A stretch of DNA of 41,690 nucleotides, from positions 1 to 41,690 of the forward strand of contig JACZKF010000283.1 of the NCBI GenBank assembly GCA_014860175.1, in the 5' to 3' direction. Positions 33,333 through 41,411 of this stretch are shown here, one piece after another. Under the pieces are notes generated by a model. The model searched no databases and was not told the origin of the DNA. It worked only from the letters and a program-made list of their open reading frames with translations. The number at the start of each line of letters is the position of its first letter. Within the stretch, counting starts at the first letter, position 1. A program made the position numbers and the translations under genes. The stretch comes from Desulfuromonadales bacterium. Lineage in GTDB: Bacteria; Desulfobacterota; Desulfuromonadia; Desulfuromonadales; JACZKF01.

Positions 33333-33905
33333 GGAATCGGTTCGCTATACCGACGATGTCGACCTGATTATCAACGTTGTCGGTTATGCCAGGTGGGCGG
33401 CCTTTCAGGAGCGGCTGCGCGCCCGCGGGTTCCGGGAGGTTATGAACGAAGAGGTGAACTGCCGCATGCGCCTGGGGAACTCCAAGTCGACTTCATGCCC
33501 GACGACGAGAGAATTCTGGGATTCAGTAATCGCTGGTACGCGGCCGGGCTTGCCGCTGCCCAGCCCTATGAGTTGGCCGAGGACCTGACGATCCGGCTAC
33601 TCACCCCCCCTTTTTTCGTTGCGACGAAATTGGAAGCCTATCTCGGCCGGGGCAATGACGATCCCCAAGGTAGCCATGACATGGAGGACATCCTTACCCT
33701 CTTTGATGGGCGCGAGGAGGTCATCCGGGAGATTGCAGCCGCAGATCTGGATCTGCAGACCTTCATTGCTCACCAGATCGACCTGCTTCTGGCCAATGAC
33801 GACTTCGATTACGCGGTTCAGGCGGCCGCCAGAGGGAACCGAGATCGGCAGATGCTCATCTATGAGCGATTGGAAGCGGTCAGCGACTTGGCCAAGGAGG
33901 CTTGA
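33310..33905 (+). pseudogene. nucleotidyltransferase-like gene, 5'-truncated and frameshifted near 33475
   Basis: ...VRYTDDVDLIINVVGYARWAAFQERLRARGF...CRMRLGN is in one frame and continues as LQVDFMPDDERILGFSNRWY...DMEDILTLFDGREE in another. Confidence 0.45.
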
Positions 33906-34045
33906 CCCGCGGTGGAATAAATGAGGATAAAGTCTGTTGGGGTATATTTGGGGGTATTTCAACCAACTTTATTATAAGCATCTCTGTCAAAACGGATACT
34001 TGATTACACTATTAGAGTCCGGCCTTCGACCAGAAAATCGATCAA

Positions 34046-34080
34046 GGGCACAGCTGTAATCGGCTGTGCCCTTTTTCTTT
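34046..34080 (+). terminator. Rho-independent terminator
   Basis: GGGCACAGC-N8-GCTGTGCCC followed by TTTTTCTTTT. Confidence 0.7.
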
Positions 34081-34147
34081 TACAGGCCGGTGCGGATCAG
34101 CAGGGGGTTGGTACTGCGGCGGCAGGGGTATGGATTTTTGCAGTAGG

Positions 34148-34378
34148 TTAAGCCGATTCCATTGGCGACTTTTTCTGCTTGCAAAGACGATTGCTTGCCA
34201 AATTTTTAAGTTTCTTGACAATCCTTGGCAGATAAGGAAAGAGCATTAACGTCAAAATGAAAGTTATCCCGATCCAGAACGAGAGCATAAACATTTTATG
34301 CGTGGCGAAATATGCTAAAGAGCCGGCCATCGTTGATAAAAGCAACACAGTCAGGATCCAGGATGGAACCATGGGCAT
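34148..34378 (-). CDS. hypothetical small membrane protein (two predicted TM helices)
   Basis: 76-aa ORF in an AT-richer island with hydrophobic segments WILTVLLLSTMAGSLAYF and LSFWIGITFILTLMLFPYL. The SD is weak. Confidence 0.35.
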   Translation of the reverse strand: MPMVPSWILTVLLLSTMAGSLAYFATHKMFMLSFWIGITFILTLMLFPYLPRIVKKLKNLASNRLCKQKKSPMESA

Positions 34379-34557
34379 GATGAAAACCTTTCTGCTAACT
34401 CCGGGTAGACGGGGTGATGCGCCGGCCGCTGGGCGCTTTGATGAAATAAGTTTAACTAATTATTTGTTTTTTTCTGAAGTGTCAATTGTTATTTTTTCCG
34501 ACGCTTTAACCGGGAAGTTAGAGGTAGGCGGGGTGGTGCATCGAGACCGAACTGGTG

Positions 34558-34749
34558 TCACGAAATCTTTTTGAATATTTCAGGAAGTAGGCCCACCGGT
34601 GACATCTCAGGTTCCCAGTTAATCAACCGTTCGCACCTGGAACGCAGTCCTCCAAGGCAGTAAGTACTGATCAGTAGTCGGAAAACCTTCCCCTTCTTGT
34701 TCGCATTCATTTGAAAGAATGGGCAACGTTCCATGTAGTCACAACCCAT
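34558..34749 (-). CDS. hypothetical small Cys-rich protein
   Basis: 63-aa ORF with a strong AGGAGGAG SD 4 nt upstream of the ATG. Cys pattern C-x5-C...C-x7-C (MGCDYMERCPFF...YCLGGLRSRC). Confidence 0.45.
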   Translation of the reverse strand: MGCDYMERCPFFQMNANKKGKVFRLLISTYCLGGLRSRCERLINWEPEMSPVGLLPEIFKKIS

Positions 34750-35075
34750 ACACTCCTCCTGGTTCCGGCATGTCTTTCGGCTGCGTCAGAGAGCAGCGCT
34801 CTCCTTGGCAGATCCGAGCTCTGCCCCTTAGACGGCTCCAGCACCAGAAAGTTTGCCTTTATTAATTTTTTTCCCCATTCGGCCGGCACGCATTTTCCCT
34901 CTTGCGTGACCAACGAAGTGACCCTCTACCGGGTGCTCGGGCATTAATCCTTATTTCCTCCACAATTGTTCCTCAATTGGACGCTATCTTTCTCCATAAC
35001 GAGCAACAGCTTTTCTGCCCACAAACAGGCAGGGGACGAAACAATGGCACTGCCCCGGCCCATCAGGAGGTCGTC

Positions 35076-36494
35076 ATGAAGAAAGCGGCCACTTTCCATC
35101 CGCCCCGCGCACTGTTGATCCTTGCCATTTTTGTCTTCTCCCTGGTCTTGTCCCCTCGGCAGGCGCCGGCCCAGCAGTACGAAGACAGATATTCCCGGGA
35201 GGAGATCTCCCAGATGCTGGCCCCCGTTGCCCTCTACCCTGATCCTCTGCTGGCCCAGATCCTGATGGCCGCGACCTATCCCCTCGAGCTGATCGAGGCC
35301 GACCGCTGGGTTAAGAGAAATCCGCAGGTGCAAGGCGACGCCCTGGATGCGGCGCTTCTGTACCAGGACTGGGACCCGAGCGTCAAAGCGCTCAGTCACT
35401 TCCCCTCGATCCTGGCGCTGATGAGCGAGCGGATCACCGAGACGACCCATCTGGGCAACGCCTTTCTGGCCCAGGAACCCGAAGTCATGGAGGTGGTCCA
35501 GAACCTGCGGGCCAGAGCCCATGCCCGAGGCAACCTGGTCACCACCTCCCAGCAGAAGATTATCGTCCAACAAGAGACGATCATCATCCAACCGGCCAAC
35601 CCCAGGGTCATTTTCGTGCCGTACTATGATCCGCTCCACGTCTACGGTCCCTGGTGGTATGCGGCCTACCCCCCCTATTACTGGGGTCCGTCGGGAGTCA
35701 GGCTGGGACTCGGGATTTCATACTGGCCCGGCATTCATTTCGGCTTCACTTTCGGCAACTGGAGCTACTTCGACTGGCACCGCCACTATATTCACATCGA
35801 TGTCTACCAGCGGCCGAGATTCGTCCGGCAAGAGCGGTGGATAAGCACCTCCGGCCGCTGGCACCACCACCCCGTCCATCGGCGCGGCGTCGCCTACCAC
35901 CACCCGGCCACCGCCGTCAAATACGGGCAACCCCCCCAGCGCGCCACCGGGATCCGGCGCGACAGCCACAACCTTTCGAATCGAAGCGATCGGGGGCGCA
36001 GTCCAGGCTTGGGGGTCGAGCGGATCAGGGTTGAGCGGGACCGGCGCGGCGACGACCGCTCCAGGCACGAGCGCGAGCGCGAGCGCCAGGACCGGGATCG
36101 CCTGGAGCGCGACTGGCAACAGCGACAAATGGTCGAGCGTGACCAGCAGGTACGGGAACGTACCGCTCGTGACCAGCAGGCACGGGAACGCGCCGAGCGC
36201 GAGAAGCAGGTGAGCGACCGTGCCGCCCCGGGTCAGCAGATACGGGAACGCGCCGAGCGCGAGAAGCAGGTGCGGGAAAAGGCGAACCGCGATCAGAAGG
36301 AACGCGACCGCTCCGACCAGATCGAAGAGGGAAAGGGAGAACGCTCACCCGGCGAACGCGGCCAGCCCGGCCAGAGAAGGGTTGACCAAGGCGCCGGCGA
36401 GCGGGGTAGCAACCGGCAGGGGGCGCAACCCAAGGCGAAGAGTCCCCGGCCGGAGCGCGACGCCGATGCCCGAACGGCAAGGCAGCAGCGCTGA
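35076..36494 (+). CDS. DUF3300-family secreted protein with Arg/Glu/Gln-rich repetitive C-terminal tail
   Basis: Signal-like N-terminus and LAPVALYPDPLLAQILMAATYPLELIEADRW, the DUF3300 hallmark. AGGAGG SD lies upstream of ATG 35076. The track ORF starts further upstream. Confidence 0.8.
   Translation: MKKAATFHPPRALLILAIFVFSLVLSPRQAPAQQYEDRYSREEISQMLAPVALYPDPLLAQILMAATYPLELIEADRWVKRNPQVQGDALDAALLYQDWDPSVKALSHFPSILALMSERITETTHLGNAFLAQEPEVMEVVQNLRARAHARGNLVTTSQQKIIVQQETIIIQPANPRVIFVPYYDPLHVYGPWWYAAYPPYYWGPSGVRLGLGISYWPGIHFGFTFGNWSYFDWHRHYIHIDVYQRPRFVRQERWISTSGRWHHHPVHRRGVAYHHPATAVKYGQPPQRATGIRRDSHNLSNRSDRGRSPGLGVERIRVERDRRGDDRSRHERERERQDRDRLERDWQQRQMVERDQQVRERTARDQQARERAEREKQVSDRAAPGQQIRERAEREKQVREKANRDQKERDRSDQIEEGKGERSPGERGQPGQRRVDQGAGERGSNRQGAQPKAKSPRPERDADARTARQQR
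36141..36272 (+). repeat. imperfect tandem repeat inside the DUF3300 gene
   Basis: The 31-nt block ACGGGAACGCGCCGAGCGCGAGAAGCAGGTG occurs identically at 36182-36212 and 36242-36272 (60-nt period). A partial copy lies at 36141-36170. It encodes the RERAEREKQV repeats. Confidence 0.8.
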
Positions 36495-36531
36495 TTTTAC
36501 TAACCGGGAGCTGCCTCCCAGGGAAAGGAAA

Positions 36532-36696
36532 TCAAAGTCCCTTCCCACCTCTCGACGGCATGTCGGCCTGATACAGCCGTTTCGGGATGCCAGCCATGCT
36601 GGCCAGCATCATGGTGATCATCTCCCGAATCATCGGCTCATCTTCGGCCAACAGGATGCGGGCGAGGGTATTTTCTCTCCCGAGGTATTTGTGCTG
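36532..36696 (-). pseudogene. receiver-domain remnant in frame behind the histidine kinase stop codon
   Basis: Directly after the kinase TGA, the same frame reads QHKYLGRENTLARILLAEDEPMIREMITMMLASMAG... (response-regulator beta1-alpha1 signature) and stops after 54 codons. Confidence 0.45.
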
Positions 36697-37992
36697 TCAT
36701 AGAGTCGGCTCCCCACCCAACGCACGGGGGTGTTTTCCTGCCTCCCGCCGGGGGAGGGTGAAGGTGAAGACGCTCCCCTTCCCTTCCCGGCTCCGGACGG
36801 AGATCTCCCCTCCCATCAGATCGATCAACCCTTTGGAGATCGCCAGCCCCAGGCCGGTCCCGCCGAACCTGCGGGAGAAAGAGCTGTCCACCTGGCTGAA
36901 GCTCTGAAAGAGCCGATGGCGCTTCTCCTCGGGGATGCCGATGCCGGTATCGGCGACGGCGAACTCGACAGTGTCGCCGCGGGGCCGCACGCAGACGCGG
37001 ACCTCCCCCGCAGAGGTGAACTTGACGGCATTGCCGATGAGATTGATCAACACCTGCCCCAGGCGGTCGGGATCGCCAACCAGCAGAGCCGGCGTCTCAG
37101 GCGCCACCTCCAGCTCGAGCCGAAGGTTCTTTTCCCGGGCCGCCAGGGAGAACAGGTCGACGGCGCTGCGCAGGCAGCTCTGCAGCTCGAAGGGCTCTTC
37201 GTCCAATTCGACCCGGCGCGCTTCGATGCGGGAGAAGTCGAGAATATCGTCGATGAGCGCCCGCAGCCGCCGGGCCGACTGATCCGCCAGGTCGAGCAGA
37301 TGGCGCCGATCGGGGTTGCGGTCGATTTGCAGCAGATGTTCGACGGCAGCCATGAAGACGGTCATGGGCGTACGGATCTCGTGGCTCATGTTGGCCAGAA
37401 ATTCGCTCTTGGCGCGATTGGCCGCGTCGGCCGTCTCTTTCGCCTGGCGCAGCGCTTCTTCGGTCCGCTTGCGTTCGGTGGTTTCGAAAAGGGAAAGAAC
37501 CAGGCCGGTGACCACGCCATCCCGGTCCTTGACCGGCGCCAGGGTCCAGTCCCAGTAAGTCACTCCGCGCTCGGGCTGATCCGGAAATTCGAACGGTTTG
37601 TCGTGATACTCCACCGGCATGCCGGTGTCCCGTACCCCGGCGAAGATCGCTTCATTTTCCGGGTGCGGATACAGGGTGAAGTGGTTCTTGCCGATCATTT
37701 CTTCCGGCGAGTAGCCGCAGGCCGCGGCATAAGTGACATTCACGCGGACAAAGTTGAAATCGAGGTCAAGGTAAGCCAGATGGGAGTTTTTGACACTGTC
37801 CATCACCGACTGCAGAATGTCTCTTTCGCGCTCCAGGAGATTCTCCTTCTTCTCCTGGTCCTGGCTGATATCAGGACGGTTCCCTGCCAGATCCGGAAAC
37901 GCACCGGCTTCCCCTTCCAAAATGCGGATCTTTTCTCTTAATCGCCGGATCTCAACCTGCAGTGCCTCTGCCCCGGACGGCAACTCTTTCAT
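36697..37992 (-). CDS. soluble sensor histidine kinase (coiled coil + PAS + HisKA + HATPase_c)
   Basis: H-box FLANMSHEIRTPM, N/G boxes NLIGNAVKFT and DTGIGIP...GGTGLGLAI, and a PAS-like segment before the H-box. No TM segments were seen. The start is taken at ATG 37992 (MKELPSG). Confidence 0.88.
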   Translation of the reverse strand: MKELPSGAEALQVEIRRLREKIRILEGEAGAFPDLAGNRPDISQDQEKKENLLERERDILQSVMDSVKNSHLAYLDLDFNFVRVNVTYAAACGYSPEEMIGKNHFTLYPHPENEAIFAGVRDTGMPVEYHDKPFEFPDQPERGVTYWDWTLAPVKDRDGVVTGLVLSLFETTERKRTEEALRQAKETADAANRAKSEFLANMSHEIRTPMTVFMAAVEHLLQIDRNPDRRHLLDLADQSARRLRALIDDILDFSRIEARRVELDEEPFELQSCLRSAVDLFSLAAREKNLRLELEVAPETPALLVGDPDRLGQVLINLIGNAVKFTSAGEVRVCVRPRGDTVEFAVADTGIGIPEEKRHRLFQSFSQVDSSFSRRFGGTGLGLAISKGLIDLMGGEISVRSREGKGSVFTFTLPRREAGKHPRALGGEPTL

Positions 37993-38149
37993 CTTTTTTC
38001 CCTTCGAGCTTTGACCCAAAATTCTCCCGCATTGTAGAAAGACGGGCGGCAATGAACAAGAACTTTAATACATTATTGGGGGAGCCAGGCGGGGCGCGAA
38101 AGAAATCCTCTTGACTCCGGCGGCATTTTGCGTCAACTTTGGCGACCAT

Positions 38150-38315
38150 ATCATTCAGGCGCTCGCCAGAGCTTAAAAGGGAATCCCGTGTGAATCGGGA
38201 ACGGGCCCGCCGCTGTAATCGGGGACGAAAGCCGCACGAAGTCACTGTCCGAGGGAATCGGATGGGAAGGCGCGGCCGGTAGGATGAGCCGAGAGTCAGA
38301 AGACCTGCCTGAATA
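38150..38315 (+). ncRNA. cobalamin (B12) riboswitch
   Basis: AAAAGGGAATCCCGTGTGAATCGGGAACGGGCCCGCCGCTGTAA...GTCACTG...GGGAAGG...AGTCAGAAGACCTGCC matches the conserved cores and B12 box. P1 is CAGGC (38156-38160) / GCCTG (38307-38311). It lies upstream of a TonB-dependent receptor. Confidence 0.9.
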
Positions 38316-38365
38316 AGAAGCGGCCCCCGTGGACCGGGGCGTGCAGATCTCGTGGATAAAAAGGG

Positions 38366-38404
38366 AATCCTCGGATCGATACTCTATCGGTCCGGGGATT
38401 TTTC
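38366..38404 (+). terminator. intrinsic terminator of the riboswitch expression platform
   Basis: 15-bp stem AATCCTCGGATCGAT / ATCGGTCCGGGGATT (two G-U pairs). The 3' arm runs into a U-tract (5 T at 38399-38403), 35 nt before the start codon. Confidence 0.6.
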
Positions 38405-38437
38405 AGTTTCCCGGGCCTCCTTCAGGGAGGAAACAGA

Positions 38438-40423
38438 ATGAACAGGAATTTCGGTAGCTTAACCATTGGCTTGGGCTTGACGCTGCTCCTGGCGGCGCCG
38501 GCCGGCGGCGAACAGGCGGTGATGCTGGAGGAAGTGGTGGTCACCGCCAGCCGCATGGCCGAAGAGACGGCCACCGTGCCGGCCAGCGTCACCGTCATCG
38601 GCGCCGACGAGATCGCCGGCAGCACGGCGCAGACCGTCCCCGAACTGCTCAAGGGGATCGCCGGCATCGACGTCGCCGACTTCACCGGTACCGGCCGCAC
38701 CACCCGGGTCGACATCCGCGGCTTCGGCGAGACCGCTGGCGCCAATACGCTGGTGCTGGTCGACGGGCGGCGGATCAACAGCCCCGACCTGAGCGGCACC
38801 GACTGGACCAGCATCCCGCTCAACCGCATCGAGCGCATCGAAATCGTGCGCGGCGGCGGCAGCGTCCTCTACGGCAACAACGCCACCGGCGGCGTGATCA
38901 ACATCCTCACCCGGCAGGGGGCGCCGCAGCCGACTCTGAGCGTCGAGACGACCTTCGGCAGCTACGGCTATGCCAAGCAGGCGCTGGGGCTCGCCGGCCG
39001 CCAGGGGAACTGGTCGCTGCAGCTCGATGGTTCATATACCGACACCGACGGCTACCGGGACAACGGCGAGTTCCGCAACAAGACGACGGGGGCGAGCCTC
39101 GCCTACGACGCGGACCGCTACGGAATGCGGCTCTCCGCCGGCTACAAAGACGACCGCTACGGCCTCCCCGGCGCCATCGCGCAGGGGGAGCGGCGCCGCA
39201 GCACCACCTCCCCGGACAATTTCGCCGAAACCCGGGAGCGCTACGTCCAGCTGACCCCCTACCTCCTTTTCCCCGACGATTCCGAGTTCTCTGTCGCCCT
39301 GCGGGGGCGCAAGGCCGATTCGATCACTGAATACGCTGGCATTGCTTTTGGTGAGCCATGGCAGTCGACCTTCGCCTACGACCTCGACGATTACGGCATC
39401 TCCCCCCAGTACCGCCGGGAGCTGACCCTGTTCACCCTCCCCCATACCCTGGTGGCCGGGGTCGACTATCAGGACAGCGACTTGCATTACAAAGAGGGAT
39501 TTCTGGTCGGCCAGGACCGCCAGCGGCGCGAGACCGGGGTCTTCATCCATGACAAGATCGCCCTGCACGAGCAGCTCTTTCTCAGCCTCGGCTACCGCAA
39601 CACCCGCACCCGGTATGAAATCGACGGCGGCGCCAGCGACACCTTCCACACCGACGCGGCCACCCTCGGCCTGGCCTGGAACTACGCCCCGGGGAGCAAG
39701 CTGTTTGCCTCCTACGATCGGGCCTTCCGCACCGTCCTGCTCGATGAGCTGGGAGGGGCCGGCTTCAACGAGATCCTCGCCCCCCAGATCAGCCGCCACT
39801 ACCAGGCCGGGATCAGCCATCGTTTTGACGACCGGCTGCAGGGCGGGATCACCCTTTTTCACATCGATACCCGCGACGAGATCTTCTTCAATCCGGAGGT
39901 CACCGAGTTTTTCGGGGCCTGGCTGGGGGAGAACGTCAATTACGGCCGGACCCGGCGCCAGGGGGTGGAGTTGATGGCGCAGGTGACCCCGCACGAGAAG
40001 ATAAAGCTGGCGTTCAACTATACTTTCATGGACCATGAACTGCGCGGCGGCCCCTACGACGGCAACGAGATCCCCGGCGTCGCCCGCCACAGCGCCGCCG
40101 CCCGGGCGACCATCACCCCGATGGCCGATCTCACCGTTGATCTGCGCGCCCGCTGGGTCGGCGACAAAAACATGATCGGCGACTGGAATAACGTGATCGA
40201 AGACGATTGGGACGGGGGCGACTACCTGGTGACCGACCTGATGGCGAGCTATAAATACCGTCCATTCACCTTCTACGCCGGGGTGAATAACCTGTTCGAC
40301 GAAAAGTATTCGGAAAATGGGACCTTTGCCTTCGACTGGGACGCCTTCGACTACTACCGGGCGATCTACCCCTCCCCCGAACGCAACGTGGTCGGCGGCA
40401 TCTTGCTGACCCACTCCTTCTGA
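38438..40423 (+). CDS. btuB: TonB-dependent outer-membrane receptor, cobalamin-type (BtuB-like)
   Basis: Signal peptide, TonB box/plug (EEVVVTASR, IEIVRGGGSVLYG), and C-terminal barrel ending in ...LTHSF. It is preceded by the B12 riboswitch. Confidence 0.85.
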   Translation: MNRNFGSLTIGLGLTLLLAAPAGGEQAVMLEEVVVTASRMAEETATVPASVTVIGADEIAGSTAQTVPELLKGIAGIDVADFTGTGRTTRVDIRGFGETAGANTLVLVDGRRINSPDLSGTDWTSIPLNRIERIEIVRGGGSVLYGNNATGGVINILTRQGAPQPTLSVETTFGSYGYAKQALGLAGRQGNWSLQLDGSYTDTDGYRDNGEFRNKTTGASLAYDADRYGMRLSAGYKDDRYGLPGAIAQGERRRSTTSPDNFAETRERYVQLTPYLLFPDDSEFSVALRGRKADSITEYAGIAFGEPWQSTFAYDLDDYGISPQYRRELTLFTLPHTLVAGVDYQDSDLHYKEGFLVGQDRQRRETGVFIHDKIALHEQLFLSLGYRNTRTRYEIDGGASDTFHTDAATLGLAWNYAPGSKLFASYDRAFRTVLLDELGGAGFNEILAPQISRHYQAGISHRFDDRLQGGITLFHIDTRDEIFFNPEVTEFFGAWLGENVNYGRTRRQGVELMAQVTPHEKIKLAFNYTFMDHELRGGPYDGNEIPGVARHSAAARATITPMADLTVDLRARWVGDKNMIGDWNNVIEDDWDGGDYLVTDLMASYKYRPFTFYAGVNNLFDEKYSENGTFAFDWDAFDYYRAIYPSPERNVVGGILLTHSF

Positions 40424-40475
40424 CCCGAAACGCCGGCGCGGCGGCTCGCCGCCGCGCCAGAAAGAAGCAACAACC

Positions 40476-41411
40476 TTGAACCGTTCGGCTCATCCGCTCC
40501 GCGGCGTTATCGCCGGCAGCCTGCTCCTGCTTCTCCTGATTCTGGGGGGGCTGCCGGCTTCCGCCACGGCCACGGCCACGACCCGGGAGCTGATCGATCT
40601 GACCGGCCGGACGGTGCGGCTGCCGGCCGAGCCGCAGCGGGTCGTTTCGCTGGCCCCCAGCATCACCGAACTGGTCTTCGCCCTCGGGCGCCAGGGGCTG
40701 CTCCAGGGGACGACCCAGTACAGCAGCCACCCACCGGCCGCCAGGGAACTGCCGGTGGTCGGCTCCTACATCCATCCCGACCTCGAACGCATCGTCGCCC
40801 TGCGCCCCGACCTGGTCCTGGCCACCCGCGACGGCAACCCGAAACAGACCATCGTCCAGCTCGAGCGGCTGGGGATTCCCGTCTTCGCCGTCGATCCGCG
40901 CACCCTGGCGGAGATCATGCAGACCATCACCGCCCTTGGCGAAGTGCTCAATGCCCAGCCGCAGGCGGCAGCCCTGGTCACCGGGATGAGCGAGCGCATC
41001 GACCGGGTGCGGCGTACCGTCGCTGGCGCCGACTCCCGTCCGTCGGTCTTTTTCCAGGTCGATGCCGCCCCCATCGTCAGCGTCGGGGAACAGACCTTCA
41101 TCCATGAGCTGATCGTCCTGGCCGGGGGGCGCAATGCCACCGCCGGCCTCTCCCCCTACCCCCGCCTTGGCTGGGAAGAGATTTTGCACCTGCAGCCGGA
41201 GATCGTCATCATCACCTCCATGGCCGGCGGCCACACCCCGCAGGGGCTGCTGGAGGCCTGGCAGCGCTGGCCCCAACTGCAGGCGGTGCGCAACGGGCGG
41301 CTGCACGTGGTCGAAGCCGATCTTTTCGACCGGCCGACCGATCGGCTGGTGAGCGGCCTGGAGATCCTGGCCCGGATCATCCACCCCGACCTGTTTCCGG
41401 CCCGGCCATGA
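40476..41411 (+). CDS. btuF: periplasmic cobalamin/siderophore-type ABC substrate-binding protein (BtuF-like)
   Basis: The signal peptide followed by RVVSLAPSITELVFALG is typical of the BtuF/FhuD fold. It has a TTG start per the ORF track with a weak SD, so the start is uncertain. Confidence 0.75.
   Translation: MNRSAHPLRGVIAGSLLLLLLILGGLPASATATATTRELIDLTGRTVRLPAEPQRVVSLAPSITELVFALGRQGLLQGTTQYSSHPPAARELPVVGSYIHPDLERIVALRPDLVLATRDGNPKQTIVQLERLGIPVFAVDPRTLAEIMQTITALGEVLNAQPQAAALVTGMSERIDRVRRTVAGADSRPSVFFQVDAAPIVSVGEQTFIHELIVLAGGRNATAGLSPYPRLGWEEILHLQPEIVIITSMAGGHTPQGLLEAWQRWPQLQAVRNGRLHVVEADLFDRPTDRLVSGLEILARIIHPDLFPARP

Noticed and set aside
36697-36699. In-frame TGA of the histidine kinase as a selenocysteine or read-through codon.
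   Set aside because: No bacterial SECIS-like stem-loop lies immediately downstream, and the downstream receiver-like sequence is itself truncated. It is interpreted as a nonsense mutation in a decaying hybrid kinase.
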